This document shows positions 45,848-54,642 of a stretch of 64,000 nt of DNA, piece by piece. Below the pieces are notes generated by a model that saw only the letters and a program-made list of their open reading frames with translations, searched no databases and was not told the DNA's origin. Every line of letters begins with the position of its first letter. Position 1 is the stretch's first letter. Location: the IMG/VR virus record IMGVR_UViG_3300046681_000127; one strand, written 5' to 3'. This DNA is from an uncultured virus (IMG/VR IMGVR_UViG_3300046681_000127) (Duplodnaviria; Heunggongvirae; Uroviricota; Caudoviricetes). Both the position numbers and the translations under genes were made by a program.

Positions 45848-46114
45848 TCAGGCGTCGGGGGTGGCGATCTCCGCAGCGAGCTTGTCCAGCCGCCGCTGAA
45901 CCGCGGCCTTCCTGGCGGCGACGGGATCCGGCGCGATCTTCGCAACCCACTCGCGGGTGAGGCCCGTCAGGCGGGCCAACTCGGACGGTCCCATGCCATC
46001 GGCGCGCGCCTGGACGAGAAGGTCGCGCAGCTGCGCGTTGTCGCGATCGAAGGCGTCCTTCGATCGCGCGCGCTTCTTGGCTGCGGCCTGAATCTCGGCC
46101 CGGATGTCTTCCAT
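45848..46114 (-). CDS. Small HTH regulator
   Basis: GMGPSELARLTGLTREWV. Confidence 0.75.
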   Translation of the reverse strand: MEDIRAEIQAAAKKRARSKDAFDRDNAQLRDLLVQARADGMGPSELARLTGLTREWVAKIAPDPVAARKAAVQRRLDKLAAEIATPDA

Positions 46115-46302
46115 GCAACCCATAGTGCCATGCGCGAACAGCGTTCCGCCACGTGCTCGCGATCAATACTCGCAAAGATACCCTGCGAACTGTATTCTCA
46201 TCTCAGGAGCAGCAAGACCACGGAAAAGAAGCCGCCATAAGGGCCTGGTTCCGTGCGCTCAAAAAGCCCCTGACCAGCACTATTCGAAAGAAGTACCGAC
46301 TG

Positions 46303-47100
46303 ATGGCCGTCTCCAAGCGCCTTCGTTACGAGATCCTGCGGCGGGACAATCACGCCTGCCGGTACTGCGGCGCGACCGCGCCCGACGTGAAGCTCAACGT
46401 CGACCACGTCATCCCCCAGGCGCTTGGCGGCAGCAACGCTCCGACCAACCTCGTCGCCTCGTGTGTCGACTGCAACGCCGGCAAGACCAGCAGCATGCCG
46501 AACGCGACACCCGTCGCCGATGTGGAGCAGGACGCCTTCCGCAAGGCCGCCGAGCTTAAGCAGAAGTCCACCGAAGACCGCCCCAGCCACGACCCCGAAA
46601 CCGGCATGCCAACGTGCTGGACCTTCCGCGAAGTCGAGCTCGCCCTGGTGGAGGAGGCCTGGTACTCGGCATGGACAGTCACTGACCTTGAGGGCCCGTC
46701 GCTCAGCGACTCGGAGGCGTTTTCCGAGCAGAGCACGAAGCTTGCCGAGCGCGGAGTACACATCGGCTTCATGCTGGCCGCCGCAGCGATGGCGGGATCC
46801 CAACTGCAAACGGATCTGGTCTGGGGGGTCAGCTCCAGTCCCGACCATTGGCCCGACAGGGACGCGTTTGACCTGGGATGCGATGCCATCTTCGCCTGGG
46901 AGACGGCGTGGGAACGCACGCATGGCAGTCAGCCACCCAGGCGTGAAGCGAAGCTCTTCTTCGAAGAACTGACCGCAGCCATGAAGGCTGGCCACGGTCG
47001 AATCGCACTGATGGCCGCCGCCGAGGCGACAGGCACCCAGGGAAGCTTTTACCTGGCCGAGAGCCTTCCGCAGCCGCAGCCCGTGGGCGGTGAGGTCTGA
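46303..47100 (+). CDS. HNH endonuclease with variable C-terminal domain
   Basis: RYEILRRD...CRYCG...VDHVIP...GG....NLV..C..CN.GK. Confidence 0.88.
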   Translation: MAVSKRLRYEILRRDNHACRYCGATAPDVKLNVDHVIPQALGGSNAPTNLVASCVDCNAGKTSSMPNATPVADVEQDAFRKAAELKQKSTEDRPSHDPETGMPTCWTFREVELALVEEAWYSAWTVTDLEGPSLSDSEAFSEQSTKLAERGVHIGFMLAAAAMAGSQLQTDLVWGVSSSPDHWPDRDAFDLGCDAIFAWETAWERTHGSQPPRREAKLFFEELTAAMKAGHGRIALMAAAEATGTQGSFYLAESLPQPQPVGGEV

Positions 47101-48164
47101 TGGCCCGCGGACACGGCCGGATCCTCACTTCCATCTGGGAGGACGCCGACTTCAAGGCGCTCGACCCGGCGGAGCAGCGCCTGTACCTCTTCCTGATCTC
47201 GCAGCCGAACCTGAACCACGCCGGCCTGCTGCCGATGACGCTGCGGCGCTGGGCGAGCAAGTCTCGCGGGCTGACCGTCGGCGACCTGGAGAAGACACTC
47301 GCCGTCCTCGAGGACGCCCGGTTCATCGTCACGGACATCGACAGCGAGGAGCTGTTGATCCGCACGTTCGTCCGCAACGACGGCGTGTGGCGCATGCCGA
47401 AGGTAATGGCCGCCATGGTGTCCGGCGCGGGCGAGATCTCCTCTCCGCTGCTGCGCCGGGCGCTGCTTGAGGAGATGGAGCGCATCCCGCTCGACGAGCT
47501 CAGCGACGAGCCGGGGGCGCGGGGGCCCTCGGTCCGGCAGCAGATCGTCGAGCACCTGACGAACCTTCGGCGCCTCCTGCGGGTGCCGGAACCAACCCCA
47601 CCGAACACCCCCAAAGCGATCCCCACCGACACCCGAAGCGAAGGGTTCCCGAAGGGTTCCGAAACCCTTCCCGATACCCCTGGCGAACCCACTACGCGTG
47701 CGCACGCGGCCACATCACGCGCGCATTCCCCTGCCCCTGCCCCTGCCCCTGCCCCTGCCCCTGCCCCAACCTCCGTTGTGGTTTCTGTAGGGGGGGAGAC
47801 CTCAGGTAGTAGCGCGCTTGCCGCCGAGCGGTCTGACGACCGCCCCTCCCCGATCGATGACGACGGCTTCGAACTCAACGACGGCATGCGGCGCTGGGCC
47901 GTCCGTGATGGCTACTCGCCGCTCGTCGACATCGACTACGAGACCGCCCAGTTCATCTCGCACTTCCGTGCCAACAGAACCCGTCGCCCGTCCTGGCCCG
48001 ACGAGTGGCAGAAGTGGATCCGCCGCGCCCACAAGTGGGCCGTCGAGGCACAGCAGCGGGGCGCCAGCAACGTCGTCCGCCTCCACAACCGCCCCGGTGG
48101 CGCCCGTTCCCCGGAGCCGCCCGCCGAGAAGTTCGAAGCCCTGACCCTCAAGGACGTCCTGTGA
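47100..48164 (+). CDS. Replication initiator (lambda O/DnaD-like position)
   Basis: IW.D.DF..L...Q.LY.FL.SQP...AG; internal repeats; precedes loader and helicase. Confidence 0.75.
   Translation: MARGHGRILTSIWEDADFKALDPAEQRLYLFLISQPNLNHAGLLPMTLRRWASKSRGLTVGDLEKTLAVLEDARFIVTDIDSEELLIRTFVRNDGVWRMPKVMAAMVSGAGEISSPLLRRALLEEMERIPLDELSDEPGARGPSVRQQIVEHLTNLRRLLRVPEPTPPNTPKAIPTDTRSEGFPKGSETLPDTPGEPTTRAHAATSRAHSPAPAPAPAPAPAPTSVVVSVGGETSGSSALAAERSDDRPSPIDDDGFELNDGMRRWAVRDGYSPLVDIDYETAQFISHFRANRTRRPSWPDEWQKWIRRAHKWAVEAQQRGASNVVRLHNRPGGARSPEPPAEKFEALTLKDVL
47640..47670. repeat. Iteron-like repeats (putative origin)
   Basis: GAAGGGTTCC twice plus inverted GAAACCCTTC. Confidence 0.5.
47730..47765 (+). repeat. 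(CCTGCC)6 tandem repeat encoding (PA)n
   Basis: Six perfect hexamers. Confidence 0.95.
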
Positions 48165-48751
48165 CCACCTACGACCCCTACGACGACGCCGCCGCCCGCG
48201 CCGAGGCCCGCGCCATCGCCGAGCAGGACCGGATGGAGCACCGCCTCCACCGGCTCCTGTCCCGCCGGCCGCCGATCTTCGAGGAGCCCGGCGACCTCCG
48301 CCCCGAGATCGAGAAGTGGCTTGCCGACTACCTCGCCGGCTCCCGTGGCTCGCTGATCCTGATCGGCACGATCGGCTCGGGCAAGACCTGGTCGCTGTGG
48401 AAGGCCGCCGAGACCCTGGTGCGTTCCGGCTGGCCGGGCCGTTTCGAGATCGCCGCCGCTTACGAGATCAAGGAAGCCACCGACCGGCCCGTCAACACCG
48501 CCCAGCTGCGCATTTGGCGCGAGGCCGACCTGTTCGCCATCGACGATCTCGGCGCCCAGAAGGTCTACGACTGGGACGCCGACGCCCTGGCCGCGCTGAT
48601 CGACAAGCGGTGGCAGCACAAGCGGCCGACGCTCATCGCCTCCAACGAGGACCAGCTCAAAGAGATCGTCGGCGCCCGTGCGGCATCCCGCCTTGTCGAC
48701 GGCGCCACCCTCATCCGCTTCACCGGAAACGACCGCAGGAGGAACCCGTGA
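48161..48751 (+). CDS. DnaC/IstB-like AAA+ helicase loader
   Basis: G.IGSGKT, AIDDLG, TLIASN, SRL, G.DRR. Confidence 0.88.
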   Translation: MTTYDPYDDAAARAEARAIAEQDRMEHRLHRLLSRRPPIFEEPGDLRPEIEKWLADYLAGSRGSLILIGTIGSGKTWSLWKAAETLVRSGWPGRFEIAAAYEIKEATDRPVNTAQLRIWREADLFAIDDLGAQKVYDWDADALAALIDKRWQHKRPTLIASNEDQLKEIVGARAASRLVDGATLIRFTGNDRRRNP

Positions 48752-50091
48752 CCGAGATCGACGACATGGAGCGCACCCCGCCCAACGACCTGGGTGCCGA
48801 GCAGGCCGTCCTCGGCGCCATGGTCTCGTCCCGCAATGCCATCGCCGACGTGGTCGAGGTGCTGCGCAATAGCGGCGACTTCTACCGGCCGGCGCACCAG
48901 GAGATCTACGAAGCAATCGTTGACATGTACGGCCGGAACAAGCCGGTCGACCCCGTCACTCTCGCCGACGAACTGCGGGAGTTGGGCGGCCTGGTCCGCG
49001 TCGGGGGCGCCCCGTACCTGCACACGCTGGTCAACGCGGTGCCGACGGCGGCGAACGGCGAGTACTACGCCGAGATCGTCAAGGACTGCGCGATCCTCCG
49101 CCACCTACTGGAGGCCGCCGACAGCATCAGGCAGTCAGTGTTCGACGCCAAGGGCCAGGCCGCCGGCCTGGTCGACGAGGCCCAAGCCGTCATCTCCGCA
49201 GTCCTGGACGACGGGGAGACTCAGCAGGGCACCCACATCGGCGACGACACCGAGGAATACCTCGACCGCCTCGAAACCCTCCAGCGGGAAGGCCGGTCCA
49301 TCGGAATCCCCACAGGGTTCATGGACCTCGACGACCTCACCGGCGGCCTCTTCCCCGGCCAGGTCATCATCATTGCCGCGCGCCCGGCCATCGGGAAAAG
49401 CACCCTAGCCGTGGATTTTCTCCGCTCCTGCTCGATCACCCACGGCCTGCCCAGCGTCATGTTCTCGCTGGAGATGGGCCGCGACGAGATCAAGCACCGG
49501 CTCTTCTCCGCGCACGGACGCATCGCGCTTCACCACATGCGCATGCAGGGCGGCATGACCAAGGAGGACTGGGCGCGGTTTGCGGCGCTCCTGCCGCGGG
49601 TGAACGGGGCGCCGCTGTACATCGACGCCGAGCCCAACCAGACCCTTGCTCGTATCCGGGCTCGCTGCCGGACCCTCCAGCAGTCCGTCGGCCTGCGGCT
49701 GGTCGTCATCGACTACCTCCAGCTCATGCAGTCCGGGGGCTCCCGCCGTAGCGAGAACCGGCAGCAGGAAGTCTCCGACATGTCCCGCAACATCAAGCTC
49801 CTCGCCAAGGAGCTGCAGGTGCCTGTGGTGGTGCTCTCGCAGTTGAACCGCGGCCCCGAGCAGCGCTCCGACAAGAAGCCGATGATGAGCGATCTTCGCG
49901 AGAGCGGTTCGCTGGAGCAGGACGCCGACATTGTGATCCTGCTGCACCGCGACGACGCCTACGACAAGGATTCCCCGCGCGCAGGCGAGGCCGATCTGAT
50001 CATTGCCAAGCACCGCAACGGCGCCACGCCGACCATCACGGTCGCTTTCCAGGGGCACTACAGCCGCTTCGTTGACATGGCGCAGACGTGA
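48748..50091 (+). CDS. dnaB: Replicative DNA helicase
   Basis: AEQAVLG, ARPAIGKS, DYLQL, SQLNR, SDLRESGSLEQDAD. Confidence 0.97.
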   Translation: MTEIDDMERTPPNDLGAEQAVLGAMVSSRNAIADVVEVLRNSGDFYRPAHQEIYEAIVDMYGRNKPVDPVTLADELRELGGLVRVGGAPYLHTLVNAVPTAANGEYYAEIVKDCAILRHLLEAADSIRQSVFDAKGQAAGLVDEAQAVISAVLDDGETQQGTHIGDDTEEYLDRLETLQREGRSIGIPTGFMDLDDLTGGLFPGQVIIIAARPAIGKSTLAVDFLRSCSITHGLPSVMFSLEMGRDEIKHRLFSAHGRIALHHMRMQGGMTKEDWARFAALLPRVNGAPLYIDAEPNQTLARIRARCRTLQQSVGLRLVVIDYLQLMQSGGSRRSENRQQEVSDMSRNIKLLAKELQVPVVVLSQLNRGPEQRSDKKPMMSDLRESGSLEQDADIVILLHRDDAYDKDSPRAGEADLIIAKHRNGATPTITVAFQGHYSRFVDMAQT

Positions 50092-50348
50092 ACGCGGGCC
50101 CGAGCCCCGACGACATGGCGGCCATCACCGAACAGGGCGACCTCGTCGAATACCTGCTCTCGCTCACCGGGGCCGCCCGGAAGCGGGTCAAGGAGCCGGT
50201 CCGCGACGGGGGAGTCAAGGCCGCCGACTTCGGCCCTCTCCACCGGCCCGGGGCGTGGCCGGCTGGCACCCGCCCTGCTGGCGCGAACACCTGTGACCCC
50301 GACTGCGGATGCGCGCTCAACAAGCTGCCCGCACGGGAGACGTCATGA
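50088..50348 (+). CDS. Hypothetical protein
   Basis: GTGA overlap; RPGAWPAG. Confidence 0.6.
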   Translation: MNAGPSPDDMAAITEQGDLVEYLLSLTGAARKRVKEPVRDGGVKAADFGPLHRPGAWPAGTRPAGANTCDPDCGCALNKLPARETS

Positions 50349-50572
50349 ACGACGGATGCCCGAACTGCCTCACCCGCGACATACCGCCGGCTGCGACCGC
50401 CCGCCGCGGTGACCGCCTGGTCGACGGCTACCGCTGCCCCGACTGCGGCCACCAGTGGGCGACCACCCGCGACCTGACCTCGTACCCGCCCCACCCCCCG
50501 CACCTCACCGTGCGACGGGCCCCCGACCAGGGCGTTTGTCAGCCCGCACGCGACGCCAGGAAGGCCAGCTGA
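50345..50572 (+). CDS. Small zinc-ribbon protein
   Basis: CPNC...YRCPDCGHQW. Confidence 0.65.
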   Translation: MNDGCPNCLTRDIPPAATARRGDRLVDGYRCPDCGHQWATTRDLTSYPPHPPHLTVRRAPDQGVCQPARDARKAS

Positions 50573-51168
50573 TGACCCGCTACGACAACGACGCCCTGAC
50601 CGTTATGGACCTGCCTGAGCGTCTCCGTGAGCGCGTTCTGGTCGTTGCATCCGGGTGCTGGGAGTGGCAAGGCTGGCGAAATAGCGCCAACTACGGATAC
50701 CTCAGCGTCGACAGCCGGGACCAGTGCGTCCACCGGGTCGCCTATGAGGCACTGGTCGGTCCGATACCGAACGGTCTCGAGCTCGACCACCTTTGCGTGA
50801 ACCCGCCGTGCCTGAATCCGGCACACCTCGAGCCCGTCACGCACGCCGAGAACCAGCGCCGTATCGCGGATCGGCAGACCGGGTGCCGACGCGCTGACCA
50901 CGACTGGACCGATCCGAACAACGTGCGCTCCCGCCCGAACGGATCCCGGTACTGCGCGGTCTGTGAGCGAGAGGCGCAGCGGCGTCGGCATAGCGAGAAG
51001 ACCGGCAAGCCCTATCAGGGGCCGATGGCCGAGCGGACCCACTGTCCGCAGGGCCATCTCTACGACGAAGCCAACACCTACCGCCACAACGGGCGCCGTA
51101 GCTGCCGTGCGTGCATGCAGCAGCGGAGCGTCGCCCGTCGGACCACCAAGACCCAAGGGAGCAACTGA
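50572..51168 (+). CDS. HNH homing endonuclease
   Basis: CWEWQG...YG...HRVAY...LDHLC.NP.CLNPAHLE.VT..EN; THCPQGH. Confidence 0.92.
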   Translation: MTRYDNDALTVMDLPERLRERVLVVASGCWEWQGWRNSANYGYLSVDSRDQCVHRVAYEALVGPIPNGLELDHLCVNPPCLNPAHLEPVTHAENQRRIADRQTGCRRADHDWTDPNNVRSRPNGSRYCAVCEREAQRRRHSEKTGKPYQGPMAERTHCPQGHLYDEANTYRHNGRRSCRACMQQRSVARRTTKTQGSN

Positions 51169-51170
51169 TC

Positions 51171-52973
51171 ATGTACCGCAACGATGGCGACGCTTTGTCT
51201 GTTATGGACTGGTTCTGTGGTGCGGGCGGCAGCTCGCAGGGCATGCACTCCATCCCGGGCGTCCGGGTGGAGCGTGCCGCGAACCACTGGGCCCGCGCGA
51301 TCGAGTCGCACGCCGCGAACTTTCCCGAGGTCGACCACTACCGCGGCGACATCCGCGAAGCACCGGTCGAGAAGTGGCCCGTCACCGACATCTTCTGGGC
51401 CAGCCCCGAGTGCCCGCAGTGGTCGAACGCCCGAGGCAAGAAGCGTGACTTCGCCAACTCGCTGCAGGACGACCTGTTCGGCGAGACGGCCCCGTCGGAG
51501 GAGGTCGAGCGGTCCCGGGCGCTGATGGAGGAAGTGCCGCTGTACCTGCGCGGCGTCCAGGAGCGCGGCGGCCTGGTGAAGGCAGGCGTCGTCGAGAACG
51601 TCGTGGACGTGCGGGCGTGGGATCAGTGGGACCGGTGGATCGGGGAGATCAAGAAGCTCGGCTATCTGACCCGGGTCATCGCCCTGAATTCGATGCACGC
51701 CGACCCGCGCGCGGTCCACCGTGCGCCTCAGAGTCGCGATCGCCTTTACGTGGCGTACTGGCACGGATCGCTGGGCCGGACCCCGGACTGGAACAAGTGG
51801 CTTCGGCCGCGCGCCTGGTGCACGGGCTGCGAGGAGTGGGTCCAGGCTGTCCAGGCGTTCAAGGACCCGGCCCGCGACATGGGCCGCTACCGGCAGCAGT
51901 ACGTGTACCGCTGCCCGCAGGTGAAGTGCCGCAATCAGGTGGTCGAGCCCGAGACATTGCCGGCGGCCGTGGCGATCGACTGGAGCCTGCCGGGCCAGCG
52001 GATCGGGGATCGGGCCAAGCCGCTCGCCGACAAGACGCTCGCCAGGATCCAGGCCGGGCTGAAGAAATTCGCGCGGCCGATCAGCCTGGAGGCCGCGGGC
52101 AACACGTTCGAGCGGCGCCCCGGTGTCCGCACCTGGCCGATCGACGCCCCGCTGACGACGCAGACCACGACGGCGACCAAGGCGATGGCCTACGAGCCAT
52201 TCATGGTCCCCGCCGGCGGAACCTGGCGCGAGGCCCCGAGCCCCGTCTCGGAGCCGATGCCGACGAGGACGACGCGGGAGAACGACGGCATAGCGATCCC
52301 CCCGCTACTGATCCCCGTCGAGGGCCGTGACGGCAAGGAGCCCGCGTCGGCGAACGTGCCGCTGCGCACCCAGACTGCCCGCAACGAGACCGGCCTCGCC
52401 TGGCTGCCGTTCGTCGCCGAACTGCGCGGCGGCGGATCGGTCGCCCGGTCCGTGGGCGATGCCCTCGCCACGGTCACCGCGTCCGGCAATCACCACGGGC
52501 TCGTCATGCCGGACACGGCCGCCATGGTCATGCGCAACAACTCGGCGCGCGGCGACTCCGGATACCTGAGCACCCCGGTCGACGAGCCGCTGCGATCCCT
52601 GACCACGGCCGGCCATCAGTCGCTGGTCACCTGGGAACACCTGCTCGTCCCGTACTACGGCACCGGCACCGCGAAGACCGTTGCCGAACCCATCGGCGCA
52701 CTGACGACCCGCGACCGGTACGCCCTGGTCAAGGGCGACGTCGACATCAACGACGTGCTGTTCCGGATGCTCGAACCGCACGAGATCGGCCGGGCGATGA
52801 GCTTCGCCGACCAGTACATCGTGATCGGGTCAAAGCGGGAGAAAGTACGCCAATATGGCAACGCCGTTACCCCGAACGCCGCCGAGGTCATCGTCTGCGC
52901 CCTCGTCGAAGCCGTGGCCGGCGAGGAGATCGACCGGTACGCGCCGGCCCCGGCGCTGAGCGCCGCCGCCTGA
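51171..52973 (+). CDS. C5 DNA cytosine methyltransferase
   Basis: DWFCGAGG, SPEC, ENV, PQSRDR, QYGNAV. Confidence 0.95.
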   Translation: MYRNDGDALSVMDWFCGAGGSSQGMHSIPGVRVERAANHWARAIESHAANFPEVDHYRGDIREAPVEKWPVTDIFWASPECPQWSNARGKKRDFANSLQDDLFGETAPSEEVERSRALMEEVPLYLRGVQERGGLVKAGVVENVVDVRAWDQWDRWIGEIKKLGYLTRVIALNSMHADPRAVHRAPQSRDRLYVAYWHGSLGRTPDWNKWLRPRAWCTGCEEWVQAVQAFKDPARDMGRYRQQYVYRCPQVKCRNQVVEPETLPAAVAIDWSLPGQRIGDRAKPLADKTLARIQAGLKKFARPISLEAAGNTFERRPGVRTWPIDAPLTTQTTTATKAMAYEPFMVPAGGTWREAPSPVSEPMPTRTTRENDGIAIPPLLIPVEGRDGKEPASANVPLRTQTARNETGLAWLPFVAELRGGGSVARSVGDALATVTASGNHHGLVMPDTAAMVMRNNSARGDSGYLSTPVDEPLRSLTTAGHQSLVTWEHLLVPYYGTGTAKTVAEPIGALTTRDRYALVKGDVDINDVLFRMLEPHEIGRAMSFADQYIVIGSKREKVRQYGNAVTPNAAEVIVCALVEAVAGEEIDRYAPAPALSAAA

Positions 52974-53036
52974 CTCCCTCCCATCCAGACACCCCCGCCC
53001 GCCATCCCGCCACCGGACCCGACGGAAGGACCGACC

Positions 53037-53324
53037 GTGACCGCCAGCAACGCCGACTGGGACGACCTGATGAAGTCCCTGGGCCTGGCTCCCTCTGCGT
53101 CCGCCAAGCGCGAGACCACGCCGGAAGAGCGCGCTGCGAACACCGCGCGCTGCCGGGAGCAGCGCCGCCGGCGTGCCGAGCGCGGCCTGTCTCCGGATGA
53201 CCCGCGGCACGGGAAGGCCAGCACGTACACGAACTGGAACTGCCGCTGCCCGCGTTGCACGGCCGCCAATACCGAGGCCTGCGTGAAGGCTTCCCGCGAC
53301 CGCCGCAAGTCGGTAGCCGTATGA
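53037..53324 (+). CDS. Zinc-binding hypothetical protein
   Basis: HG...Y....CRC..C. Confidence 0.65.
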   Translation: MTASNADWDDLMKSLGLAPSASAKRETTPEERAANTARCREQRRRRAERGLSPDDPRHGKASTYTNWNCRCPRCTAANTEACVKASRDRRKSVAV

Positions 53325-54217
53325 CCGCGCCCCGGTTCTACCTCGGCACGCATCACCCGCACTGGCTGCGCCTGGAGCGGTTCCGTGACGTGCCGCTGTT
53401 CATTTCCCGCAATCGACTGGCCGGCTACAAGACGTTCCCGCGCGCCCTGGGCCGGTGGGCTCTGGACTCGGGGGGCTTCACGGAACTCAAGGATCACGGC
53501 GACTGGCGGCTCACCGCCGCCGAGTACGTCGCCGTGGTCCGGCGGATCGTCGACGGCGTGGGCCGCATGCCCGACTTCGTGGCGCCGATGGACTGGATGT
53601 GCGAACCCTGGGTGATCTTCGGGAAGAACAGGCACCTTGAACCCGGCAATCCCACCCGCTTCCACGGCACCCGTGAAGCCCGCGGCCTCAGCCCGGACGA
53701 CCCCGAGCAGGACCTGGACACGGCGGTGCGGTTCCACCAGGAGCGCACCATGGAGAACTACCTCGAACTCCTGGTCCTGGCCCCGGAGATCCCGTGGATA
53801 CCGGTCCTGCAGGGCTGGACGCTCGACCACTACCTGGACTGCGCCGCCATGTATGCCGCGGCCGGCGTCGACCTGGCTGCCGCGGCCACGGTCGGCCTCG
53901 GCTCGGTGTGCCGCCGACAGGCCACCGCAGAGATCGACGAAATCGTCTCGACGTTCCGTACCCGCGGCTTGAGCCTTCACGGCTTCGGGGTGAAAACCCA
54001 GGGCCTCGCCGACTACGGCCCCGACCTGGCATCCGCAGACTCCATGGCCTGGTCCATGGACGCGCGCCGCCGCCCGCCGCTGCCCGGTCACACGCACAAG
54101 AACTGCGCGAACTGCGAGGACTGGGCCCTCGCCTGGTACCAGCGCATCACCAGCAAGCCGCCCCGGCCGCCGCGGAGTCGGCAGATGTCGTTCGCCGACC
54201 TGGATGCCGCCGCGTGA
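53321..54217 (+). CDS. TGT-fold (DpdA-like) transglycosylase
   Basis: LDSGGF, DWMCE, PVLQG, GLGS, HGFG.K, SADS..W, HKNCANC. Confidence 0.75.
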   Translation: MTAPRFYLGTHHPHWLRLERFRDVPLFISRNRLAGYKTFPRALGRWALDSGGFTELKDHGDWRLTAAEYVAVVRRIVDGVGRMPDFVAPMDWMCEPWVIFGKNRHLEPGNPTRFHGTREARGLSPDDPEQDLDTAVRFHQERTMENYLELLVLAPEIPWIPVLQGWTLDHYLDCAAMYAAAGVDLAAAATVGLGSVCRRQATAEIDEIVSTFRTRGLSLHGFGVKTQGLADYGPDLASADSMAWSMDARRRPPLPGHTHKNCANCEDWALAWYQRITSKPPRPPRSRQMSFADLDAAA

Positions 54218-54255
54218 CCCGCCTGACCCCCGCCCACCGAGACCGGAGTGACCTG

Positions 54256-54642
54256 ATGTCCGAACCCAGCAAGCCCGCCCGCATCCAACGCCGCCGCACC
54301 AAGGGCTGGAAGCGCCCGCTCAGCGCCGTGATCGTCGACCGCACCAGCCGCTGGGGCAACCCGTTCGTCGTCGGCATCGACGCGGACGACGCCGCCCAAG
54401 CCACCGCCCTGTACCGCGAGTGGCTGGAGAACAATCCCTACGAGGTCCACCCGCCGAACTGCACTCCGGGATACCGGCGGAAGATGGACGACCGCCGCGA
54501 CTGGATCATCACGCACGCCGCCGAGCTCGCAGGCCGGGACCTCGCCTGCTGGTGCCCGCTGCCCGTCGAGGGCGAGCCGGATCACTGCCACGGCAGCGTG
54601 CTGCTGGAGCTGGCCAACGCGGTTGCGGGGGCGCAGCGATGA
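54256..54642 (+). CDS. DUF4326-like protein
   Basis: RIQRRRTKGW...RWGNPF...L.GRDLACWCP...CH..VL. Confidence 0.85.
   Translation: MSEPSKPARIQRRRTKGWKRPLSAVIVDRTSRWGNPFVVGIDADDAAQATALYREWLENNPYEVHPPNCTPGYRRKMDDRRDWIITHAAELAGRDLACWCPLPVEGEPDHCHGSVLLELANAVAGAQR

Noticed and set aside
45820..45865. G-rich runs (also 58390-58425) with G-quadruplex potential
   Set aside because: Expected at this GC content at convergent gene ends; no supporting evidence
53361..53385. WLRLERF in the TGT-like protein (and WRLDRA at 24.75 kb) resembling WFRLDRH
   Set aside because: Imperfect matches inside apparent folded domains; likely chance
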